Under the pieces are notes generated by a model, which saw nothing but the letters and a program-made list of their open reading frames with translations, was not told the DNA's origin and searched no databases. From positions 32,001 through 96,000 of IMG/VR virus record IMGVR_UViG_3300037067_007633: a DNA stretch of 64,000 bases. One strand, 5' to 3'. Positions 27,217 through 37,907 of this stretch are shown here, piece by piece. The DNA comes from a virus. Lineage: Duplodnaviria > Caudoviricetes. A program made the translations under genes and the position numbers. Numbering within the stretch: the first letter of the stretch is position 1; each line of letters begins with the position of its first letter.

Positions 27217-27627
27217 ATGAGTTATAGTAATTATTTAGAAGCAAAACTTTTGGATTCTGCTTTTGGAGGCGTACCTTTTATTCCATCTGGTATTTTATGG
27301 ATAGCGTTAAGTAATACTGATGTTGGAGAAGATGGTAGTACAATTACGGAACCACCATTTGCTTCTGGTTATAGTAGAGCTTTTATTACTAATGATAAAA
27401 GTAATTGGAGTAGTGCGGAGGTTGGAAGTGGATTTTTATATAATGTTGTTCCAATCACATTTCCATCTGCTAGCGGTGATTGGGGCACTATTTCATATTT
27501 TGGTGTTTTCGATCAGCAAACTAGCGGAAATTTATATGGGGCTGGTAATATAAATCGTCCCAAATTTGTTTATTCTGGAGATACTCCAATATTTGCTTCT
27601 GGACATTTATATATGTATATGGATTAG
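27217..27627 (+). CDS. Phage structural (fibre-associated) protein
   Basis: SNYLEAKLLD...GYSR...ITFP.ASGDWGTI..FG.FD..T.GN pattern. Confidence 0.7.
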   Translation: MSYSNYLEAKLLDSAFGGVPFIPSGILWIALSNTDVGEDGSTITEPPFASGYSRAFITNDKSNWSSAEVGSGFLYNVVPITFPSASGDWGTISYFGVFDQQTSGNLYGAGNINRPKFVYSGDTPIFASGHLYMYMD

Positions 27628-27633
27628 TAAAAT

Positions 27634-28674
27634 ATGGCTTGGTCTAATGGGTATAATCAACGTAGACAGATTACTATAAATCATGATAGGGTCTATGGTT
27701 CAGATCATAGTAATTTTCCTATATATATATCTAAAAGTGCAAATTCACTAAAGGGTATTGAATATGGTGGAGATGTTATTAATCCTAGTGGATATGATAT
27801 AATTTTTACTTCAGATGAAAATGGATCTTCTTTATTAAAATGGGAAGTGGAAAAATATATTGTTCAAAGTGGAGAAATTATTGCCCATATAAGTGATAAT
27901 ATTTCACAATCCACAGACACAACACTTTATATGTTTTATGGTAAAAATGGAATTAGTAATTTTCAAGGGGATAATACATCTGTTTGGAATAGTTATGTTG
28001 GCGTTTGGCATTTAAACGAATCTCCAAGTGGGAATGTTGGGGATTTTAAGGATTCTACTGTTAACTCTTATAATTCTATTAATACAGACACTTTACCATC
28101 ACAAACAAGCGGTAAAATATCGGCATGTACTTTATATCCAGGATATAAATTTTTACAATTTAATACTGGTGCTGTTGGCGGCACAGGATTAAGTATTGAT
28201 GCTTGGTTTTATATTACAGATTTTTCTAACGATAGAGCTTTTTGTAGTCAAAGACCAAATAATTGGCAGCTTACAGAATATAGTTATAATCAAATACAAT
28301 TTTCTATATGGACAAATGAAGGGCAAATAGCTTACACACCATCTACTGTTTTACCACTTAATTCATGGTTTCATTTTTGTGTTACATACGATGGTTCTAA
28401 AATATTAATGTTTTTAAATGGTGTAAATATATTAGAACAAAGTGAAAGTCGTAGCATTCTTACTAGCGATATACCTACATATGTTGGTTTTGATAGTTAT
28501 GGTGGATATTTTTATGGTAATATTGATGAATTTAGACTGTCAAATTATCCTAAAACTTCTGGTTGGCTTATAACACAATATTATAATCAAGTTTATCCAT
28601 CGGATTTTGTTACTATGGGGGAATTAGATAATAATAGTAGTAGCACACCTATTATAATTATAGAGGAAGATTAA
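27634..28674 (+). CDS. DUF2341 plus LamG/concanavalin domain virion protein
   Basis: NFPIYI...DIIFTS...L.WEVE...YMFYG; WFHFCVTYDG...F.GNIDEFRLS. Confidence 0.8.
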   Translation: MAWSNGYNQRRQITINHDRVYGSDHSNFPIYISKSANSLKGIEYGGDVINPSGYDIIFTSDENGSSLLKWEVEKYIVQSGEIIAHISDNISQSTDTTLYMFYGKNGISNFQGDNTSVWNSYVGVWHLNESPSGNVGDFKDSTVNSYNSINTDTLPSQTSGKISACTLYPGYKFLQFNTGAVGGTGLSIDAWFYITDFSNDRAFCSQRPNNWQLTEYSYNQIQFSIWTNEGQIAYTPSTVLPLNSWFHFCVTYDGSKILMFLNGVNILEQSESRSILTSDIPTYVGFDSYGGYFYGNIDEFRLSNYPKTSGWLITQYYNQVYPSDFVTMGELDNNSSSTPIIIIEED

Positions 28675-28677
28675 TAA

Positions 28678-29562
28678 ATGAAAGATATTGTTACTAAATC
28701 AAATGTCGCTAATTATATTTGCGAATTTTCTTGGAGGAATTCATTAACTGGTGGTCTTAAAACAGATATTACATATACTGCCGTTAGTGGTTATTATATT
28801 CGTCAAGGTGGATCTGGAGTTACTATTCCTATTACTAGTACAATAGAAGCTAATCCTTATAACGGGTCAGCAACAAGTGGTGCTTTTTGTGAGACATCAA
28901 TTAAAGGAATTTATCAATTTCACGTTCCTAATAGTTGTTGTATGACTGGTGTTAATAATGTAAAGATTCTTTTAGTTTCTTCTGGTGTCATAGATAAAGA
29001 AATCAATTTATCACTAATAGATAGTGATTTAAGAGATAATAATAGATTAGGACTTACTTCCCTTCCTATTTATTCTCCTGGTTCTGTTTCTGGATTAACT
29101 ATGAATCCAGCTAGTGGTAATTTACAAGTTGATTTACGAAATATAAATGGAAAATCAATAGCTGGAACAACTAACCAAATAGCAGATTCTTTTATTACAC
29201 AATATAATATTCCTAGTCCAGTATTTACTAACGCTAGTGTTAATCAAAAAGGGGATTCTTTTTCTAGATTAGGTGTTCCTGTTAGTGTAAATATTTCATC
29301 CGATATTACAGATTTTAAAAATATTGTAACTAGTGGTGTTATGATAGCGTCTAGCGGTTTAGATAATATTCCAATTACTTCTCCAGAAGGTATTGCTTCA
29401 ACATTTAGAGAAATGCTTGTTCAAACATGGAGAAGGTTCTTTAAAAAAGCAACTATGACTTCTTCAGAGTTAAAAACGTATGCTGATAATGATACCGATG
29501 TATTAACAACACAATCTTTATCAGATAATGGCACTACACAAATACAGGGACCATCTTCATAA
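28678..29562 (+). CDS. Putative virion protein (SG-rich)
   Basis: Position and composition. Confidence 0.55.
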   Translation: MKDIVTKSNVANYICEFSWRNSLTGGLKTDITYTAVSGYYIRQGGSGVTIPITSTIEANPYNGSATSGAFCETSIKGIYQFHVPNSCCMTGVNNVKILLVSSGVIDKEINLSLIDSDLRDNNRLGLTSLPIYSPGSVSGLTMNPASGNLQVDLRNINGKSIAGTTNQIADSFITQYNIPSPVFTNASVNQKGDSFSRLGVPVSVNISSDITDFKNIVTSGVMIASSGLDNIPITSPEGIASTFREMLVQTWRRFFKKATMTSSELKTYADNDTDVLTTQSLSDNGTTQIQGPSS

Positions 29563-29564
29563 TA

Positions 29565-30503
29565 ATGAGATTATTTAGTGTCCCTAATAATTCAGTAGAC
29601 AAATACGATAGATCAAGTTGGCTTAGTGCCCCATTTGATTTATCATATTTTTTAATTACATATCCTGTTGATAGAAATTTTGAAATAAATATTGAAAATA
29701 TAAAAAATATATCTTTTACCAATATTTTAAATTGTTCAAACCAAATTGCAATTTTACACTTGGTAATAATAGAAATTGAGAATACACTTAAAATTTTATC
29801 TGAACAAGTTAATGATATAGAAAATCTAAATAGAGTAATTAATATTGGGATTTTAGATCAAGATTTTATATCTAACATTTCATATTCTTCTTCTCCTATT
29901 AATTTTGATACTTTAGTAAAAAAAATGAATATATTGACTGTAAATTTAGAATATTTGGGCAACAATCTTATTAGATTAAACAAAACATTAAATATAGAAT
30001 ATATATCTTATTTATCTACTATATCTATTTTGAATTTGGGAATGTCGTCAGCATTCATTTTATCTTCTATTTTAGATATAGAAAGTAGTAAGCAAATATT
30101 ATTAAATAAAATAATAAATATAGAAAATTTATTGTTTGCTAATAAATATTATACATTAAGTATAGATAATCAACTGTTAAATCTAGCTAATTTTTCTCTT
30201 AATCCAGAATTTCTTAAAGAATATTTTATAGAAAATATACTAGATACTAGTAATATAACTAATTATTCACGTATTTTTATAAATTCTTTAGACTGGCTTT
30301 CTGATATTAATATTGGTGTATCATTAGATAATGAGTTTATATTAGGTATTCGCCAAAATAATATTATTCCAATGTGTTGGGGCGGGATAGAAAATTCATT
30401 GGATAAAATATGGGTTTTGGATTCTAGACAAAGAATTTGGATATATGATATTAGAAGTAAAATATGGAAATTAAATAATAGAAGTAGAACGTGGGGATTA
30501 TAA
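29565..30503 (+). CDS. Repeat-containing putative fibre protein
   Basis: Degenerate 14-aa period; Trp/Arg C-terminal repeats. Confidence 0.5.
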   Translation: MRLFSVPNNSVDKYDRSSWLSAPFDLSYFLITYPVDRNFEINIENIKNISFTNILNCSNQIAILHLVIIEIENTLKILSEQVNDIENLNRVINIGILDQDFISNISYSSSPINFDTLVKKMNILTVNLEYLGNNLIRLNKTLNIEYISYLSTISILNLGMSSAFILSSILDIESSKQILLNKIINIENLLFANKYYTLSIDNQLLNLANFSLNPEFLKEYFIENILDTSNITNYSRIFINSLDWLSDINIGVSLDNEFILGIRQNNIIPMCWGGIENSLDKIWVLDSRQRIWIYDIRSKIWKLNNRSRTWGL

Positions 30504-30506
30504 AAA

Positions 30507-31271
30507 ATGAGCATAGTTTCAACAGATATTAAAATATATGGTGCTGCTAATATTGCAGAAGACGACGTTTCTATTCACGGAGGGGCTATTGACACTACCG
30601 TTAAATATGTATTTGACGATAGTACATTAACTAACACCTTAAATGATAAAGTAAGTGTCTCTGGTAGTTTAGCTGATGATACTACACAAGTAATTACTAT
30701 TACGGGTCGCAATACCGGTGGTTCTATTATATCGGAAAATATTAATGTTAACGGTCTCACAAGTGTAGATGGAAACTCTACTTTTGAGAGATTATTAAAA
30801 ATATCAATTGATGCTGTTCATAATGGAAGTATTAATATTTTAAAGCAAACTGGCGGAACATTAATTTCTAGTATAGAAAGTGGTGTTTTATCAGTTAGAC
30901 GCCCATTTTATAATGTTTCTTCAGATGTTACAGACGGAGAATCTCGTGATTTTTATGAAAAACTATTTATTAAAAATACCAATACTGTTAATTCCCTATT
31001 AAATGCTACTATTGCTGAGTCTGGAGATCCAACAGGATATATTACTTTTGATTTAGAGGATGCTGTTAATGACAACAATTCAGTAGCTTCACGATTAAAT
31101 ACTGCACCAACTAATATGTTAGGAACTTTTACGAGTGCAACCAAAAATGTTCCTGGAACTGATTTGCCTGCTGGTTCTGGTATTGGTATTTGGTTAAAGA
31201 TGACATTGCCTGCTGGGGCGGTTGCTGGAAAATCTACTTATACTATTGGTGCGGCTGGAAGTACAACTTAA
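30507..31271 (+). CDS. Putative virion structural protein
   Basis: MSIVSTDIKIY...GGAI...YEKLFIKNTN...GIWLK pattern. Confidence 0.6.
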   Translation: MSIVSTDIKIYGAANIAEDDVSIHGGAIDTTVKYVFDDSTLTNTLNDKVSVSGSLADDTTQVITITGRNTGGSIISENINVNGLTSVDGNSTFERLLKISIDAVHNGSINILKQTGGTLISSIESGVLSVRRPFYNVSSDVTDGESRDFYEKLFIKNTNTVNSLLNATIAESGDPTGYITFDLEDAVNDNNSVASRLNTAPTNMLGTFTSATKNVPGTDLPAGSGIGIWLKMTLPAGAVAGKSTYTIGAAGSTT

Positions 31272-31273
31272 TA

Positions 31274-31561
31274 ATGTCTATTACATCAAATACATTAATA
31301 GAAAAAAGACCAATAGAAAAATTATTTGTTGGTTTTGACTTTACTCCGTGGATTGTTGATGAATCAACTATTAGCAATCCTATATTAACATATAATAGTG
31401 GAGATTTAATAATATCTAATATTAATACTAATGGTAGCTTTGTTGATTTTTTTGTAGAATCTGGTGTATCTGGTAAAAATTATAGAATAGAAATTAGTGT
31501 TGTATCTACTAGTGGAGAAATATTAGCAGCTAATGGTATTTTACAAGTAAGGGATCAATAA
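31274..31561 (+). CDS. Small virion/fibre adaptor protein (start MSITS)
   Basis: KRPIEK...FDFTPW...GVSGKNYRI motif. Confidence 0.6.
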   Translation: MSITSNTLIEKRPIEKLFVGFDFTPWIVDESTISNPILTYNSGDLIISNINTNGSFVDFFVESGVSGKNYRIEISVVSTSGEILAANGILQVRDQ

Positions 31562-31562
31562 T

Positions 31563-32021
31563 ATGGCTTGGACAGATGAAGCAATTCCATTATTACGTGG
31601 AATGATAGGTGATACAGAAACCCCAGTAGAGTATTCAGATAATCGTCTTATTGATATGTTATATTATGCCGCATTTTTAGTTTCACAAAGAGTTGATTTT
31701 GAATATGATTATAGTATTACTGTATCTACATTAGTTATTACTCCAGATCCAACAACAGATGTGTCATTTTTGGCATTAGTGTGTTTAAAAACAAAACAAA
31801 TGATTTATCAAAGTGAATATAAAACAGCGTCACTAAAAGCATATAGTATAAAAGACGGTCCATCTTCAATAGATGGGCGTTCAGTAGCAGAAGCCAAAAA
31901 GAAATTGTTTGATGATGCTAAAAAAGAATATGACGATGCAGAATTTCAATATCAAGCCGGAAATTATACTGTTGGAGAAGCAATAGTAAGCCCATTCAGA
32001 ACAACTTATTCAGATATATAG
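31563..32021 (+). CDS. Head-tail connector/adaptor
   Basis: LRGMIGD....YSD.RL motif, helical, position. Confidence 0.65.
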   Translation: MAWTDEAIPLLRGMIGDTETPVEYSDNRLIDMLYYAAFLVSQRVDFEYDYSITVSTLVITPDPTTDVSFLALVCLKTKQMIYQSEYKTASLKAYSIKDGPSSIDGRSVAEAKKKLFDDAKKEYDDAEFQYQAGNYTVGEAIVSPFRTTYSDI

Positions 32022-32033
32022 GATAAAAATAAA

Positions 32034-32237
32034 ATGTATGAAGATGTAATAGAAATTATAAATAATGGTAAAGATGTTAACAGTCGTGCTGGTATAACAA
32101 GTTTATGTAAAGATAGTTATGGCGATTTTTTCCATTTAGATAGTCCACTAACTATTCCAAATTCTAGTATAGTTCATTATGTAGAAGAAAGATATACATA
32201 CAGATTTCCATTTAATTCAGGGACGCATGTTTATTAA
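32034..32237 (+). CDS. Hypothetical protein
   Basis: 67-aa ORF coupled to the next gene. Confidence 0.55.
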   Translation: MYEDVIEIINNGKDVNSRAGITSLCKDSYGDFFHLDSPLTIPNSSIVHYVEERYTYRFPFNSGTHVY

Positions 32238-32776
32238 TGTCTGGCAAATTTCTAAGTCGTGGTGATTTTACTTATCCATCTTCGTTAATAGATGATTATG
32301 AGTGGATAGTAGATTCATTTATTGATGGTAGTCTTGGGGCAAATTGCCTATTAATTTATCCATCAAATTATAACGAATGTACAAATTGTCATTTAGATAT
32401 AACAACTGGAAGATCTAATAATATTTATAAAGTTGGTGGTTCTACACCATTTGAAAACCACACCTTATGTCCTGTTTGTAATGGAGAAGGTAGATTAACT
32501 ATTAATGTTACCGATAGTATTAATCTACGAGTTTATACTAATCCTAAAGATTGGCAAAAAACTGGTTTTAATATTAATTATCCAGAAGGTTCAGCACAAA
32601 TAATAGGATATTGGACTGATTTTCCCAAAATACAGCGTGCAAAATTTATTATGATAAATTCTGATTTGTCTGGTTTTAAAGAATTTAAATATATTATAGC
32701 TAGCGAATCTTTGCCGTGGGGTTTAAGGGGAGATAGATATTTTGCTATGATGATTAAGCGTACAGGAGGAGATTAA
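32237..32776 (+). CDS. Head closure-like protein with Zn finger
   Basis: CTNC...CPVCNGEG; neck position. Confidence 0.55.
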   Translation: MSGKFLSRGDFTYPSSLIDDYEWIVDSFIDGSLGANCLLIYPSNYNECTNCHLDITTGRSNNIYKVGGSTPFENHTLCPVCNGEGRLTINVTDSINLRVYTNPKDWQKTGFNINYPEGSAQIIGYWTDFPKIQRAKFIMINSDLSGFKEFKYIIASESLPWGLRGDRYFAMMIKRTGGD

Positions 32777-32777
32777 C

Positions 32778-33437
32778 TTGAAGTTTGGTTTTACCGTTAC
32801 CAGTCAGAAGATTCAGTTTAGAGATTTTGTATTACAATCTTTAAAAGAAGAACTTACTGGCAAGTTGGGGACTATAAAAGATAAATTCAAGTTTATTGCT
32901 ATTTCTATTATTGGAGAAGCAATTAGAAATTCTGAAACATATTCGTCAATTACTAATGGTATTTTGATGTACCAGTTAGGATTAACTTATCCTGCCGATA
33001 GAATAGAAAAAATAATAGAAACGTGGATTAACAATATAGATTGCAGAGTAGTAAAAAGATTAAGTAAGACAAAAGAAGGATTAAATTTTGAATTAGAATT
33101 AAATGCTATACAAGCTGATTTTTCAGACGTTTTAGATTTACCACAAAGTAGATATAAATCTTTTAATTCTAAAGGGATAGTTACTGAAATACCGTGGTTA
33201 CAATGGTTATTATTAGAGGGTGATAGAATCATTGTAGCTAATTTTAAAGTTGAATATAAAACTAGTCCATTTTCTAGAACAGAAGAGGCTTTAATGGTAA
33301 AGACAGATATGCAAGGGTGGAAAGTTCCATCTGAATATTCTGGTACGATATCGTACAACTTTGTTACTAAGGCAGTGGATGATTTTAAAAATAAACTTCA
33401 AGACGCTTTATTATTAGAAGTTCAGAAAGCAATATAA
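32778..33437 (+). CDS. Neck/tail completion protein
   Basis: PWLQWLL motif; position. Confidence 0.5.
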   Translation: MKFGFTVTSQKIQFRDFVLQSLKEELTGKLGTIKDKFKFIAISIIGEAIRNSETYSSITNGILMYQLGLTYPADRIEKIIETWINNIDCRVVKRLSKTKEGLNFELELNAIQADFSDVLDLPQSRYKSFNSKGIVTEIPWLQWLLLEGDRIIVANFKVEYKTSPFSRTEEALMVKTDMQGWKVPSEYSGTISYNFVTKAVDDFKNKLQDALLLEVQKAI

Positions 33438-34405
33438 TGAGTTATCCAGATTATACAAAACTTAAAGGTATTACTCAAATAAATAAGGATTTTGTTACAA
33501 ATAACTTATTATATGGAATTATAGATTTTTATAATTGGGGGCTTTTAGAGATTGGCGGATTTCAAAATATTACAAAAAATCCGTCTACTTCTGGAATTTA
33601 CGGTGGAAATAAAGCTAGATTACATCCAGTTGAAGATGAAAGATATTCAGATGGTTGTGTGTGGGAAGGTTTTAGAACAAACTGGGTTTGGGAAACTGGT
33701 TTAGATTATAGTGTACAACCAATAAGGGTTTCTGGAGTTTGGGTTAGCAATATCTTTTATGATATATCTACTTCTGGATCTTATTCTCATTATGTAGATT
33801 ATCCAAACGGTAGAATAATTTTTAATACAGCTATTTCAACAACAAAAATTGTAGAAGCCTCATTTTCTCCAAGGAATGTTTACATATTACCGTCAGAAGA
33901 TAATATAATTAGATCTTTATTATTCGATAGTCATAGAGTTGATAGAAGTGATTATTTAACTTTTGGGTCTGGAAATTGGAACGGTATGAAATTTCAATTA
34001 CCAGTTGTTGGTGTGGAAGTGTCAAAATCAACAACATTATCTCCATATCAAATAGGTGGTGGTCAAAATTGGTTTCAAGATGTTTTGTTTTATATTGTGG
34101 CGGATAATCCTAATGATAGAAATAATTTAAAAGATATATTTACAAGTCAAAATGATCGTCAAATTTTTATACCAAATCGTTCTATTATTAAAGAAAGTCC
34201 AAACTATCCACTAAGTTTAAATTATAAAGGTAGTCCGGTTCCATCCGCTTTACAATATCCAGATTTAATTGACGAAAACAGTGGATATAGGTGGGGTGGA
34301 GTTTATTTTAGTGATACACGGGCTCAAGATTTAGAATTACAAAATCCTAATTTATTTGGTGTCGTTGTTCGCACAAAAATACAAATTATTTTAGAAAATA
34401 TATAA
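33437..34405 (+). CDS. Tail terminator-like protein
   Basis: QLPVVGVE...PYQIGG...DVLFYI.A motif; precedes tail tube. Confidence 0.55.
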   Translation: MSYPDYTKLKGITQINKDFVTNNLLYGIIDFYNWGLLEIGGFQNITKNPSTSGIYGGNKARLHPVEDERYSDGCVWEGFRTNWVWETGLDYSVQPIRVSGVWVSNIFYDISTSGSYSHYVDYPNGRIIFNTAISTTKIVEASFSPRNVYILPSEDNIIRSLLFDSHRVDRSDYLTFGSGNWNGMKFQLPVVGVEVSKSTTLSPYQIGGGQNWFQDVLFYIVADNPNDRNNLKDIFTSQNDRQIFIPNRSIIKESPNYPLSLNYKGSPVPSALQYPDLIDENSGYRWGGVYFSDTRAQDLELQNPNLFGVVVRTKIQIILENI

Positions 34406-34407
34406 AG

Positions 34408-34423
34408 GGTGTATATTGGTGTA
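34408..34423 (+). promoter_or_regulatory. Tandem GGTGTA motifs, putative late promoter
   Basis: ggtgtata at 34408 and ggtgta at 34418. Confidence 0.55.
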
Positions 34424-34467
34424 GGATAGTTAAATACTATATTAAGTACAAATAAAGGAGAATAACA

Positions 34468-35556
34468 GTGGGTGCTAATAAACGTGTATTTTATGCTATA
34501 GAAAAGGCTGGTATTGCACCATTAGGTAGTACCACATATACAAGTATTCGAGGTTTACAAACAATTGGATTAAATACTACATTTAATCTAGAACAAGTGA
34601 TGGAGTTTGGACAAGCAACAATTTATGAAAATGTTGAAGGTATTCCTAATGTGGAAGCAACATTAAATAAAGTGTTAGACGGGTTTTGCCCAATGTATTT
34701 ACTAGCTACTCAATCTGCTCAAGCAGCCAATTTGTTAGCTAGGGCAAATGCTTCTGCTTGTTCATTTGTTATTGGTATTTATAGTGACCAGCAATTAGCG
34801 GCTTCTGGTAGCGTATTAACCGCTGTTACATGTTCTGGTATGTATGTTTCATCTGCTTCTTACAAAGTTGGAGTTGATGGTAATGCTACAGAAGATATAA
34901 CTTTAGTTGGAAACAATAAACTATGGTCTGGTAGTAATCCAACTATTAATGATACTGCTGGTGGTGCAGGCACTATCTTAACTGGTGATGATAGTCCATT
35001 GTCTATTACCGGGTCTGGCGGTGTTAATAGACGAGAAGATGTTTTAATTGGCTCACTTGGATCTATTTTCCCATCAGAAATTCCAGGAATTAGTTCTAGT
35101 GGATATTTAATTATAAATAGTGATGGTAGTTTACCAACACATTTACGAAGTATTTCTGTAACTGCTAATTTAGGTCGAGAAGATATATTTGAATTAGGTC
35201 GTAAGGGTAATTATTATCGTTATGTTAAAATTCCTGCCGAAGTTACTTCTGAAATAGGCGTATTATCTTCATCTGGCGATATGATTTCGGCACTTGAAGA
35301 AGGTGCGTATTCAGAAGGTGGTAGTTGCGGTCGTTACAATCTAACAAATCAGCGTATTGTTCTAAAAATGTGTGAAGGTTTAATTGTAGACGCTGGAGAT
35401 AAAAACAAATTACAATCTGTTAATTGGAATGGTGGTGGTACTGATGGTTCAAACCAAGAATTAGTTTATAGTTATAGAAACTTTAACGATTTTATTGTTT
35501 ATCATCCACAAGATCCAAACGCTGGAACTTCAACATTTCAATATCCTGGAGATTAA
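34468..35556 (+). CDS. Major tail tube protein
   Basis: Strong SD, own terminator; FNLEQV.EFGQ and REDIFELG motifs. Confidence 0.75.
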   Translation: MGANKRVFYAIEKAGIAPLGSTTYTSIRGLQTIGLNTTFNLEQVMEFGQATIYENVEGIPNVEATLNKVLDGFCPMYLLATQSAQAANLLARANASACSFVIGIYSDQQLAASGSVLTAVTCSGMYVSSASYKVGVDGNATEDITLVGNNKLWSGSNPTINDTAGGAGTILTGDDSPLSITGSGGVNRREDVLIGSLGSIFPSEIPGISSSGYLIINSDGSLPTHLRSISVTANLGREDIFELGRKGNYYRYVKIPAEVTSEIGVLSSSGDMISALEEGAYSEGGSCGRYNLTNQRIVLKMCEGLIVDAGDKNKLQSVNWNGGGTDGSNQELVYSYRNFNDFIVYHPQDPNAGTSTFQYPGD

Positions 35557-35572
35557 TAATATTGGTGTAAAT

Positions 35573-35608
35573 AAGAGTGAGGGGAATTTTCCTCTCACTC
35601 TTTTTTTT
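35573..35608 (+). terminator. Intrinsic terminator
   Basis: gagtgagggg...cctctcactc followed by a T-run. Confidence 0.85.
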
Positions 35609-35622
35609 ATAGGATTATTAGG

Positions 35623-36657
35623 ATGAAAAAAGATAAGGATTATACATATCTGATATTTCGTATTTTATCTGGTAAAATTCCCGTACAATATAATTCTCAA
35701 CAATTTTATATTGTTCAACCAGATTTTTCTCAATTAGCTCATTCAGAGTTAATATATCAAGAGTCATTATCTAAATCTTCTTTATTGGGTTGTTTAACTT
35801 ATGAACAAATGTTGGACGAATTACTATATAATGATATATGGACTCCTCAATATCAAAAAGAATTAGATGATATCCCTCAAACTATTAGTGATATACAGAT
35901 TGAATTATATAACGCATATGTTTCTTTTAGAAAACAGGATATTATTAGGAAAAAATTAGAAAATCTTAGAAAAAGAGCTACTGTTTTAAACGAAATATTA
36001 AACACACATTTTGTTTATACCGCTGAAGCCATAGCTAATTCAGAGCGTTTAAAGATGAATATTTATTATGGATTAAGAGATATAAACAATGAAAAAATAA
36101 ATATTTCTTTTCCCCTTATTAATGATTCTTTTTTAAATAATGTTACGCATCAATATATTAATTCCAGGGTTGATAGTTTAGAATTAAGGGAAATTAGTAA
36201 AAGTCAAACTTGGAAATTAAAATGGTTAAATTATAAAGCTATATCTTCCTTTCCTATTAATACTAGTTTAATGACCGACGAACAAGAATTATTAGTTATG
36301 TGGTCAAGATATTATGATAATATTTTAGAAAGTACAGAAGTTCCGCCATCAGTTGTTATAGCAGACAATGATATGCTTGATGGATGGGCTACTTTACAAA
36401 TGAAAAAGAATGAAAAGGAAAAATCTCAAATTGGAACAAACACCAACGCTAAAGAAGTATTTATAGTGGCTGATACAAAAGAAGACGCTCAAAGAATTCA
36501 TTCTATGAACGATTCATATGCTGATATGATAAGAAAACAAAAATTAGCACTTGTTGCTAAAAAAGGCAGTATAGAAGATCAACATTTACCAGATTCTAGA
36601 AGGGAAATTATTTCTCAAGCAATGGAAAATGAAAGGAAAAAGATGAGTAATGGATAA
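35623..36657 (+). CDS. Putative tail assembly chaperone
   Basis: Between tail tube and tape measure; VIADNDMLDGW. Confidence 0.5.
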   Translation: MKKDKDYTYLIFRILSGKIPVQYNSQQFYIVQPDFSQLAHSELIYQESLSKSSLLGCLTYEQMLDELLYNDIWTPQYQKELDDIPQTISDIQIELYNAYVSFRKQDIIRKKLENLRKRATVLNEILNTHFVYTAEAIANSERLKMNIYYGLRDINNEKINISFPLINDSFLNNVTHQYINSRVDSLELREISKSQTWKLKWLNYKAISSFPINTSLMTDEQELLVMWSRYYDNILESTEVPPSVVIADNDMLDGWATLQMKKNEKEKSQIGTNTNAKEVFIVADTKEDAQRIHSMNDSYADMIRKQKLALVAKKGSIEDQHLPDSRREIISQAMENERKKMSNG

Positions 36658-37021
36658 ATTAAACGACGTACAACTTGTTAAAATGCAAAAACAAATTAGA
36701 GAAGCTAATCAACAAAAGTATTTAGAAGCTTGTAGGAAAAGATTAGATACTATTATTTCCACAAAAATAAAAACTACTTTTATTGGTTCTATTGATGTGT
36801 TTGAAAAAGTTTTTGGTTTTTTATGGGGACAGGGAAAAAATGTAGAAGAATTATCAAAAGATGAATTAAAATTTTATCAGCTATTTCAAAAAGCTAGAAC
36901 AGATATACTTAATTTAGGTAATACTCAATTAAGAGGAGCTAAAACGGAAATTGCTAATCAAACAATTAGTTGGAATAGATATCACACAGAATTTAAAGTT
37001 ATAGGAAAACAGGAGAATTAA
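36650..37021 (+). CDS. Hypothetical tail-region protein
   Basis: 123-aa helical ORF. Confidence 0.6.
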   Translation: MDKLNDVQLVKMQKQIREANQQKYLEACRKRLDTIISTKIKTTFIGSIDVFEKVFGFLWGQGKNVEELSKDELKFYQLFQKARTDILNLGNTQLRGAKTEIANQTISWNRYHTEFKVIGKQEN

Positions 37022-37026
37022 TTATT

Positions 37027-37833
37027 ATGAATCATATAAAGAAAGTTTTTAAAACTAAAATTGATGACAAAGAAGTAGAATTAGCTGTAAAAAGTCCAGA
37101 CAGAGGAATTGCACAGGAAGCACAATTTCATTTTGGAAAAGTGTTTTCGCAAGCATTAAAAAATGGTGCTATTCTTAAAACTCGTCTTGAAGATTATATG
37201 AAAGAACAAGGTGTTTGGAATAAAGAAAAACAAAAAGTATTAGATAAATGTAATAGAGATATTTCTGACGGATCGTTAAAATTACAAAGAGGCGGAATTA
37301 AATTAAGTGAAGCTAAAAAAATAGCTCTTGAAATTCGTGACGCAAGAAATAAGCGTTTAGAAGTTTTATCTGAAAGAATGGTGTTAGAAGCAAATACTGC
37401 TGAAGGTCAAGCAACTAACTCAAGATTTAACTTTATGGTATCTAAATGTTTGGTGTATAATGATTCTGGAAACCCTGTTTTTAAAGATTTTGACGAGTTT
37501 TTAGAACATATTACTGATGATTGTGTTGTTAAAGCATGTGAATTATTATCTTCTATTCTTTGGAATTTAGATGAAAATTTTGATAGAGATTTACCAGAAA
37601 ATAAATTTTTATTAGAATGGAAATTTATTGATAGTGAATTACGACTAATTAATAAAGATGGTCATTTAGTAGATTATGATGGTCGCCTTATTAATAAAGA
37701 CGGAAGATTTGTTAATGAAAAAGAAGAACTAATAGATATTAATGGGAATTTAATAACCGAAGAAGGTAATTTAGTTATAGATAGTAAGCCATTTTTAGAT
37801 GATGATGGGAAACCAATAAAATCATCTAAATAA
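37027..37833 (+). CDS. Putative tail assembly chaperone with 7-aa repeats
   Basis: LINKDGHLVDYDGRLINKDGRFVNE... Confidence 0.5.
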   Translation: MNHIKKVFKTKIDDKEVELAVKSPDRGIAQEAQFHFGKVFSQALKNGAILKTRLEDYMKEQGVWNKEKQKVLDKCNRDISDGSLKLQRGGIKLSEAKKIALEIRDARNKRLEVLSERMVLEANTAEGQATNSRFNFMVSKCLVYNDSGNPVFKDFDEFLEHITDDCVVKACELLSSILWNLDENFDRDLPENKFLLEWKFIDSELRLINKDGHLVDYDGRLINKDGRFVNEKEELIDINGNLITEEGNLVIDSKPFLDDDGKPIKSSK

Positions 37834-37855
37834 TGTATAGATAGTTAAAACGGAT

Positions 37856-37907
37856 AGGTTAAACCGGATAGAGTAAATGTTTATTCTGATGGTTTAACCT
37901 TTTTTTA
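37856..37907 (+). terminator. Long hairpin terminator before the tape measure gene
   Basis: aggttaaacc...ggtttaacct followed by a T-run. Confidence 0.7.

Noticed and set aside
35623-37833. Programmed frameshift in the tail chaperones
   Set aside because: No convincing slippery site at the ORF junctions; each ORF has its own start.
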